Made by a program: the position numbers and the translations under genes
Origin: Pseudomonadota bacterium
GTDB taxonomy: Bacteria > Pseudomonadota > Gammaproteobacteria > Pseudomonadales > UBA5862
DNA length: 64,000 nucleotides
Assembly (NCBI GenBank): GCA_034189125.1
Contig: JAXHVB010000018.1
Coordinates: 775 to 64,774, forward strand
Direction: 5' to 3'
Part shown: piece by piece, positions 58,216 to 64,000 of the stretch
Numbering within the stretch: the first letter of the stretch is position 1
How the letters are laid out: each line of letters starts with the position of its first letter
Notes under the pieces: model-generated
What the model saw: only the letters and a program-made list of their open reading frames with translations
Databases searched by the model: none
What the model was told of the DNA's origin: nothing

Positions 58216-59023
58216 GCAGGAGGCATCAATGATCCAGTTGGCAGGTCCGAAGCGTCGCATCTCCATGTGGCTGGGCGCGCTCACAATTTGGATCGTCGCT
58301 TTGCTTCCGGTGTTCGCTGGCGCGTCGGAACTGGCCGACACAGTCGCCCGCGTCAAGGGGTCGGTGGTTGGCATCGGCACCCACCAGCCGACTGGGCGGC
58401 CACCGTCCCGATTGCTGGGAACCGGCTTTGTGGTTGGCAATGGCTTGCAGGTCATCACCAACGCGCATGTGCTGCCTGCCTCGCTGGACACTGAGCGGTT
58501 TGAAACGCTGGTTGTGTTCATTGGGTCCGGGGAGTCGCCGACGGCTCGCCCCGTGGAGATCAGGACGGTGGACCGCGACCACGATGTCGCGCTGCTTGGT
58601 ATCAAGGGGCAGGCGTTGCCGGCGCTGCAGCTCGGCGACTCGGAGCGGGTCAGAGAGGGTGAGCTTTATGCCTTTACCGGCTTTCCGATCGGTGCCGTGC
58701 TGGGGCTGTACCCGGCCACGCACCAGGGCCTGATCGCGAGCATTACGCCGGTGGCCATCCCTCAAGTTTCCCTGCGTGGGCTCGACGTGAACATGCTGCG
58801 CCGACTCCAGGACCCATACGAAGTGTTCCAGCTCGATGCCACTGCCTACCCGGGCAGTTCGGGCAGCCCTCTGTACCATCCAAAGACCGGTCGGGTGGTG
58901 GGCGTGATCAACAAGGTGTTCGTGCAGGGGACCAAGGAGTCCGCACTCGAGCGGCCAAGTGGCATCACCTACGCGATCCCCGTGCGACACGTGCGCCAGC
59001 TGCTTGAGGTGGACAGCCCCTAG
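58202..59023 (+). CDS. Trypsin-like (S1/HtrA-like) serine protease without PDZ domain
   Basis: VITNAHVLP (His), DHDVALLGI (Asp), AYPGSSGSPL (Ser); N-terminal hydrophobic signal MWLGALTIWIVALLPVFAGA. Confidence 0.88.
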   Translation: MDTDKQEASMIQLAGPKRRISMWLGALTIWIVALLPVFAGASELADTVARVKGSVVGIGTHQPTGRPPSRLLGTGFVVGNGLQVITNAHVLPASLDTERFETLVVFIGSGESPTARPVEIRTVDRDHDVALLGIKGQALPALQLGDSERVREGELYAFTGFPIGAVLGLYPATHQGLIASITPVAIPQVSLRGLDVNMLRRLQDPYEVFQLDATAYPGSSGSPLYHPKTGRVVGVINKVFVQGTKESALERPSGITYAIPVRHVRQLLEVDSP

Positions 59024-59096
59024 TCAACCGGCTCGGAATTGAATGGCTGTCGCATGGTGAGCTCGCGGCAGGGGGCAGACCGGGTCCGGAGTGCGC

Positions 59097-59130
59097 GCTT
59101 GTCAGATCAGGTAGCTTGTCAGACCTGGTA
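59097..59130. repeat. Imperfect 17-bp tandem duplication spanning the 3' end/stop of the epimerase gene
   Basis: GCTTGTCAGATCAGGTA (59097-59113) followed directly by GCTTGTCAGACCTGGTA (59114-59130), 15/17 identical. Confidence 0.7.
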
Positions 59131-60126
59131 ATAGTCCCGGTACCAGTCCACGAAGCGCGCGATCCCGGTTTCGATGGGGGTGGCCGGGCGGTAGCCGGTG
59201 TCGTTCATCAGGTCGTCCACATTCGCATAGGTGTCGGGCACGTCGCCGGGTTGCATCGGCAGCAGTTCTTTGCTGGCGCGTCGACCGAGGCAGTCTTCCA
59301 ACACTTCGATGTAGCGCAGCAGCTCGACCGGCCGGTTGCTGCCGATGTTATACAGCCGATAGGGCGCCAGGCTTGTTCCGGGGTCGGGGCTGTCTCCGGA
59401 CCATGCGGTATTGGGTGTGGCGACCTGGTCGAGGGTGCGAACCACGCCTTCGACGATGTCATCGACATAGGTGAAGTCGCGGCGGTGGTGGCCATGGTTG
59501 AACACCTGAATGGGCTCGCCGGCAAGAATCTTTTTGGTGAAGATGAACAGCGCCATGTCGGGCCGTCCCCAGGGCCCGTACACGGTGAAGAAGCGCAGTC
59601 CAGTGGTGGGGAGCTGGTACAGGTGGCTGTAGGTGTGGGCCATCAGCTCATTGGCTTTCTTGGTCGCCGCGTACAGGCTGACCGGGTGGTCGACGTTGTC
59701 GTGGATGGAGAACGGCATGTCTGTGTTCGCGCCGTACACCGAGCTGCTTGAAGCGTACACAAGGTGTTCCACGTCCGAGTGTCGGGCACCTTCGAGGACG
59801 TTGAGAAATCCCACCAGGTTTGCATCAGCGTAGGTGTGCGGATGCGTGATCGAGTAGCGGACCCCAGCCTGGGCCGCGAGGTGAACGATGCGCTGCGGTT
59901 GGCAGCGCGCGATCGTTTCCTGCATCGCCTGACGGTCGGCGATGTCGATTTCCGTGAGCTCGAAGCCTGTGCGGCCGGACAAGCGCGCGACCCTGGCCCG
60001 TTTCAGGTCCGGGCTGTAGTAGTCGTTCAGGTTGTCGATGCCGAGCACCTGGTCGCCGCGGTCCAACAGGCGCTGGGTGAGCGCCGCTCCGATGAACCCG
60101 GCAGCCCCGGTTACGAGAATGCGCAT
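59119..60126 (-). CDS. NAD-dependent epimerase, UDP-glucuronate 4-epimerase-like
   Basis: MRILVTGAAGFIGAALTQRLLDRGDQVLGIDNLNDYYSPDLKRAR; YASSSSVYGANTDMPFS; RFFTVYGPWGRPDMA. Confidence 0.9.
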   Translation of the reverse strand: MRILVTGAAGFIGAALTQRLLDRGDQVLGIDNLNDYYSPDLKRARVARLSGRTGFELTEIDIADRQAMQETIARCQPQRIVHLAAQAGVRYSITHPHTYADANLVGFLNVLEGARHSDVEHLVYASSSSVYGANTDMPFSIHDNVDHPVSLYAATKKANELMAHTYSHLYQLPTTGLRFFTVYGPWGRPDMALFIFTKKILAGEPIQVFNHGHHRRDFTYVDDIVEGVVRTLDQVATPNTAWSGDSPDPGTSLAPYRLYNIGSNRPVELLRYIEVLEDCLGRRASKELLPMQPGDVPDTYANVDDLMNDTGYRPATPIETGIARFVDWYRDYYQV

Positions 60127-60177
60127 GAAAGAAATGCTCCCTCAGTGGATGGCAGGTTGGCTCACAAGCCGGTGGGG

Positions 60178-61455
60178 TCAGAGCCGTGCATCCACCGCCT
60201 CCTTGGGCAAGAGTGACTTGACGTCGAACACCACGTGGCTGGGTTTGCCGAGCGCGTGAATGCCGTTGGCGCCGAGGTCCACGAACTGGCGGTGCGCCAC
60301 GGCGATGATGATGGCGTCGTAGGTTTGCTCCGGACGCTCGGTGTGGACGCGGATCCCGTATTCATGTTCGGCCTGGTCGGGATCGATCCATGGGTCGTAC
60401 ACATCGACCTGCACGTTGTATCCCTGTAGAGCTTCAATGATGTCGATCACGCGCGTGTTGCGAATGTCAGGGCAATTCTCCTTAAAGGCCAAACCCAGCA
60501 CCAGGACTTTGGAGTCGACCACCTGGATTCGCTTGCGGGTCATCAGCTTCACGACCCGCTCGGTCACATAGATGCCCATGTTGTCGTTGATGCGCCGACC
60601 CGCCAGGATGACCTCGGGGTGGTAGCCGAGTTCTTGGGCCTTGTGGGTCAGGTAGTACGGATCGACACTGATGCAATGACCGCCAACCAGGCCGGGCTTG
60701 AAGGGCAAAAAGTTCCATTTGGTGCCGGCCGCAGCCAGAACGTCCTCGGTGTCGATCTCCAACCGGGCAAAAATCGTAGCCAACTCGTTGATCAGGGCAA
60801 TGTTCAGATCGCGCTGGGTGTTCTCGATCACCTTGGCGGCTTCGGCGACTTTGATGCTCGCAGCCCGGTGGGTCCCCGCAGTGATGATGCGTGCGTACAG
60901 CCGATCGACAAAGTCAGCGGCCTCCGGTGTGGACCCTGAGGTGACTTTCATGATTCCTGGAAGCCGGTGCTGCTTATCGCCGGGATTGATGCGTTCGGGG
61001 CTATAGCCGACGAAAAAGTCCCGGTTGAAGGTGAGCCCGGAGCCTTGCTCCAGGAGAGGGACGCAGACCTCTTCGGTGGCTCCCGGGTACACAGTGGACT
61101 CGAACACCACCACATTGCCGGGTTTGAGTACCTGCGCGATGGTGGAGGCCGCAGCACGCAACGGTCCCAGGTCGGGCTGGCGGTGCCGGTCGATGGGCGT
61201 TGGGACTGTGACGACATACACTGAGCACAGTGACAAGTCTTGCTGGTCGGCTGAGAACCGCAGTCCGGAGTTCAACTGCAGTTCACTGCTGTCGACTTCC
61301 AGCGTTCGGTCTTCGCCGCGCCTCAGCTCCTCAACCCGCGAGCGGTCGATGTCGAAACCGAGGGTCGGGAACTGCTTGCCGAATTCAACAGCGAGTGGCA
61401 GGCCAACGTACCCGAGGCCGATCACGCCGATCGAACAGCCGTCCAGGTCGAGCAT
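60178..61455 (-). CDS. tviB: UDP-N-acetylglucosamine/UDP-sugar 6-dehydrogenase (TviB/WbpO-like)
   Basis: [71 protein letters not shown] (catalytic Cys); ATG at 61455 gives 425 aa. Confidence 0.88.
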   Translation of the reverse strand: MLDLDGCSIGVIGLGYVGLPLAVEFGKQFPTLGFDIDRSRVEELRRGEDRTLEVDSSELQLNSGLRFSADQQDLSLCSVYVVTVPTPIDRHRQPDLGPLRAAASTIAQVLKPGNVVVFESTVYPGATEEVCVPLLEQGSGLTFNRDFFVGYSPERINPGDKQHRLPGIMKVTSGSTPEAADFVDRLYARIITAGTHRAASIKVAEAAKVIENTQRDLNIALINELATIFARLEIDTEDVLAAAGTKWNFLPFKPGLVGGHCISVDPYYLTHKAQELGYHPEVILAGRRINDNMGIYVTERVVKLMTRKRIQVVDSKVLVLGLAFKENCPDIRNTRVIDIIEALQGYNVQVDVYDPWIDPDQAEHEYGIRVHTERPEQTYDAIIIAVAHRQFVDLGANGIHALGKPSHVVFDVKSLLPKEAVDARL

Positions 61456-61544
61456 GGGGGAGGTTCCTTGTAACTGTTGCGTCAATGATGCGGAGGCAGA
61501 CTGGGTCTGTCTCGGGTGTCCACGCCGAATTGATGGACTCACCA

Positions 61545-61550
61545 CTATAA
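61545..61550 (+). promoter_or_regulatory. Candidate -10 element (TATAAT) in divergent intergenic region
   Basis: Perfect TATAAT 55 bp upstream of the GTG at 61605; no good -35 at 17 bp. Confidence 0.25.
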
Positions 61551-61604
61551 TAGAAGGCATTCCTTGCCCTGACCATTCTGAGCCCTGCAGGAGAGACCGG
61601 TTCC

Positions 61605-63005
61605 GTGAGCAGCATTCGCATCGCCAAACACTACATTCATGCGCCCTACCTGTTGCTCGGCGTTGTTGAGGCATTGGTGTTCGTTGGCGCGGTGTTCGTG
61701 GGGTCTTTCCTGCGCTTTGGGGAACCGGTTGTGGTCGACGAAGACCTTGCCCCACTGCCATTGCGTGCACTCTTCTTTTCGTTTGTGCTCCTGGTGTCGA
61801 TGCTTGCGATGGGGGTCTACCAGGTCCGGTATCGGGAAGGGTACGCAGGCATGCTGCTGCGCACGGCCACCAGCTTCATGCTCAGTGGCGTGGCGCTGTC
61901 TTTGCTGTTTTATGTGGTGCCGCCGTTGTTTCTGGGGCGCGGGATTCTTGCATTTTCGATCCTGATCGCGCTGGCGGCCATTGCGCTGATCCGCCTGGTC
62001 TTCTTCCGCAACCTTTCTGACGACCTGCTCAAGACCCGGGTGCTGGTGCTGGGTGCGGGGCAGCGTGCGGTGAACATTCTGGAGCGCTTACGCCGTCGCG
62101 CGGATCGCAAGGGCTTTTCTCTGCAAGGTTTCGTCCCGGTCGAACGGGAGGCCGTTCGGGTACCGGAAAAGACCTTGCTTCAACCCGAGGGCAGCCTGCT
62201 GGATTATGCGCTCTCCGAAGAGGTGGACGAAATCGTATGGGCCGTTGACGACCGGCGCAGCTCCGGCGAAATGGACGACCTGTTTGAATGCAAGATGGCC
62301 GGCATCGCGGTGATCGATGTGGCCACGTTTTTCGAGCGCGAAGTCGGGCGCATGGAGCTGGACCTGATCCATCCAAGTGCGCTGATTTTCTCCGATGGGT
62401 TCAATCGAAGTCCGCTGCGTTCGTTTTCAAAGCGTGCGTTCGACCTCTGCGCCGCCTCCATGCTGTTGCTGCTGAGTCTGCCCGTGCTGGTGCTTACTCG
62501 GATTTGCATTGGCCTTGAGGAAGGCTTCCGCGCCCCGGTGATATATCGGCAAACCCGTGTAGGGTTGGATGACAAGCCGTTCACCGTGTCCAAGTTTCGC
62601 AGCATGCGCGTCGATGCCGAGCGTGAGGGCGCGCAGTTTGCCCAGCAGGGAGACAGCCGGGTGACCCGCGTCGGTCAGGTGATTCGCAAGTACCGCATTG
62701 ATGAGTTGCCCCAGTTGTTGAATATTTTGAAGGGTGATATGAGTTTCGTCGGGCCCCGTCCCGAGCGACCCGAATTTGTCCAGGGATTCGAAGCGCGCAT
62801 CCCCTTCTACAATGCCCGCCACCGCGTCAAGCCGGGCCTGACCGGCTGGGCCCAGATCAACTACCCCTACGGTGACTCTGAAGAGGACGCACGCCTCAAG
62901 CTGCAGTACGACCTGTACTACGTGAAGAACCACAGCTTGATGCTCGACCTTTTGATCCTCATTCGGACGGTCGAAACGATCCTCTTTCAGCAAGGCTCGC
63001 GCTGA
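61605..63005 (+). CDS. epsB: TIGR03013-like XrtA/PEP-CTERM priming glycosyltransferase (EpsB, polyprenyl glycosylphosphotransferase)
   Basis: N-terminal TMs; [88 protein letters not shown]. Confidence 0.93.
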   Translation: MSSIRIAKHYIHAPYLLLGVVEALVFVGAVFVGSFLRFGEPVVVDEDLAPLPLRALFFSFVLLVSMLAMGVYQVRYREGYAGMLLRTATSFMLSGVALSLLFYVVPPLFLGRGILAFSILIALAAIALIRLVFFRNLSDDLLKTRVLVLGAGQRAVNILERLRRRADRKGFSLQGFVPVEREAVRVPEKTLLQPEGSLLDYALSEEVDEIVWAVDDRRSSGEMDDLFECKMAGIAVIDVATFFEREVGRMELDLIHPSALIFSDGFNRSPLRSFSKRAFDLCAASMLLLLSLPVLVLTRICIGLEEGFRAPVIYRQTRVGLDDKPFTVSKFRSMRVDAEREGAQFAQQGDSRVTRVGQVIRKYRIDELPQLLNILKGDMSFVGPRPERPEFVQGFEARIPFYNARHRVKPGLTGWAQINYPYGDSEEDARLKLQYDLYYVKNHSLMLDLLILIRTVETILFQQGSR

Positions 63006-63018
63006 CCGGTCTTGGCTT

Positions 63019-63996
63019 TCAGTCTGGCCGCAGGGCCTTGTACATCAGGTGGGGCGCGAGCAGGTGGAGCGGCATCCGCAGCCAGTGTCCACGCACATAG
63101 AGAAACCGTCGCGCCGAGCGGGTGCCGGATCGGTCCGCAAGCGGATGAACAGGAGCGAGTGCGCGGGTGTAGCAAAACTCCATCCAGGCATCGGCGACTG
63201 AATGTGGCGCAAACTGCCGCACAGCGGCGAGTGCGCTGTCGGGCATGGCGGTATCAAAGACCCGTCTGACGTTGGCCACTGCATAGTAGAGGGCGCGGCC
63301 GACCCCCCAGTCTTCAGCTCGACCCAGAAGCGCCTGCCACAACTGCTCGTCTTTCGCCTTGTCCGACAGCAGGCGGTGCAGGTCGTACAGATCCCGCAAT
63401 CCATTGTGCAGCTCACCTTCGTAGAACAGGTGGATGATGCTGTGCAGGATGAGGTCGGACCGGCAGGGGATCCACAATTCGGGCAGTTCCGCTGCACGCT
63501 CGGCGCGTTGCCACAGCCCTTCGGCATCGGGGCTGGCCTTGCAGGTGCGCGGCAGCAGCCGGTGGTGTACATCCAGTTGGCTGTGGCGCTTCACATGGGT
63601 CAGTGGTGGCAGTTCATGCATCCAGCGGCGGTAGTATCGCTGGTCGTAGGCGTTCACCTGAGTGGACATCCAGCCGGCAATCGCCAGGCGCTTCTCTGTG
63701 GTATCCAGGTGTTGTTCCGGCACCAGAATGTCGATGTCGCTGAGCAGCCGGCCGGCGGCGACAGGGTGCCCCTGCGCCGCGTAGGCTGCGCCCTTGAGCG
63801 CCATCACCGGAACGCCCATCGGTTCCAAGGCCCCGAGCACCTGCTCCAGCTCCCATCGGATCGAGCGTGCCTGGCGCTCGAGCAGCGCACTCGCGCCGGT
63901 GAGGTGGCGCTGGACCCTGGGCGGCGCCGCAATGCCATGTTGCTGCACCAACAACGCCAGCACGCATTGCAGGTTGGCGGCAATGGCTTGGCGCAA
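63019..63996 (-). CDS. Nucleotidyltransferase family protein (possibly truncated by window edge)
   Basis: VPVMALKGAAYAAQGHPVAAGRLLSDIDILVPEQHL resembles the minimal nucleotidyltransferase motif; LDVHHRLLP; may extend past the window end. Confidence 0.72.
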   Translation of the reverse strand: MRQAIAANLQCVLALLVQQHGIAAPPRVQRHLTGASALLERQARSIRWELEQVLGALEPMGVPVMALKGAAYAAQGHPVAAGRLLSDIDILVPEQHLDTTEKRLAIAGWMSTQVNAYDQRYYRRWMHELPPLTHVKRHSQLDVHHRLLPRTCKASPDAEGLWQRAERAAELPELWIPCRSDLILHSIIHLFYEGELHNGLRDLYDLHRLLSDKAKDEQLWQALLGRAEDWGVGRALYYAVANVRRVFDTAMPDSALAAVRQFAPHSVADAWMEFCYTRALAPVHPLADRSGTRSARRFLYVRGHWLRMPLHLLAPHLMYKALRPD

Positions 63997-64000
63997 GACC

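Noticed and set aside
1-64000. CRISPR arrays, transposases/IS ends, tRNA/rRNA genes
   Set aside because: No repeat-spacer pattern, transposase ORF or rRNA-like block was noticed; a tRNAscan/Infernal run would be needed to rule out small RNAs.

Overview
This 64 kb, high-GC window is dominated by an XrtA (exosortase A, EpsH-type)/PEP-CTERM-associated exopolysaccharide locus. Family names are recalled from sequence features; no database was searched. (1) Left edge: a membrane protein, a VAO-type FAD oxidoreductase, an MMPL/RND exporter and two divergent exosortase-system GNAT-like acyltransferases. (2) A long + strand biosynthetic block (6.9-33.9 kb): Wza-like export protein, Wzz-like chain-length protein, tyrosine autokinase, outer-membrane protein, ExeA-like ATPase, UDP-GlcNAc 2-epimerase, deacetylase, FemAB, glycosyltransferases, exosortase A fused to an EpsI domain, rfbACDB, amidotransferase, O-glycosylation ligase-like protein, sulfotransferase, deacetylase-like protein, more glycosyltransferases and a TPR protein. 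(3) A contiguous - strand island (33.9-56.1 kb) encoding what looks like a second glycan module with its own Wzm/Wzt ABC exporter, FkbM methyltransferase, WbsX-like GH99 protein, formyltransferase, PaaK/CapK-like protein, two putative alpha-toroid proteins, a second sulfotransferase and an unusual glycosyltransferase-transmembrane-sulfatase-like fusion. (4) Right edge: an asparagine-synthetase-like protein lacking the N-terminal glutaminase Cys, a trypsin-like protease, nucleotide-sugar enzymes, the EpsB-type priming glycosyltransferase and a nucleotidyltransferase-like protein. The strongest leads are the 1058-aa fusion with a Thr at the expected sulfatase formylglycine site, the ABC-export island embedded in an exosortase locus, and several poorly characterised modification enzymes. 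I saw no PEP-CTERM substrate, Wzx-like flippase, CRISPR, tRNA/rRNA or transposase.
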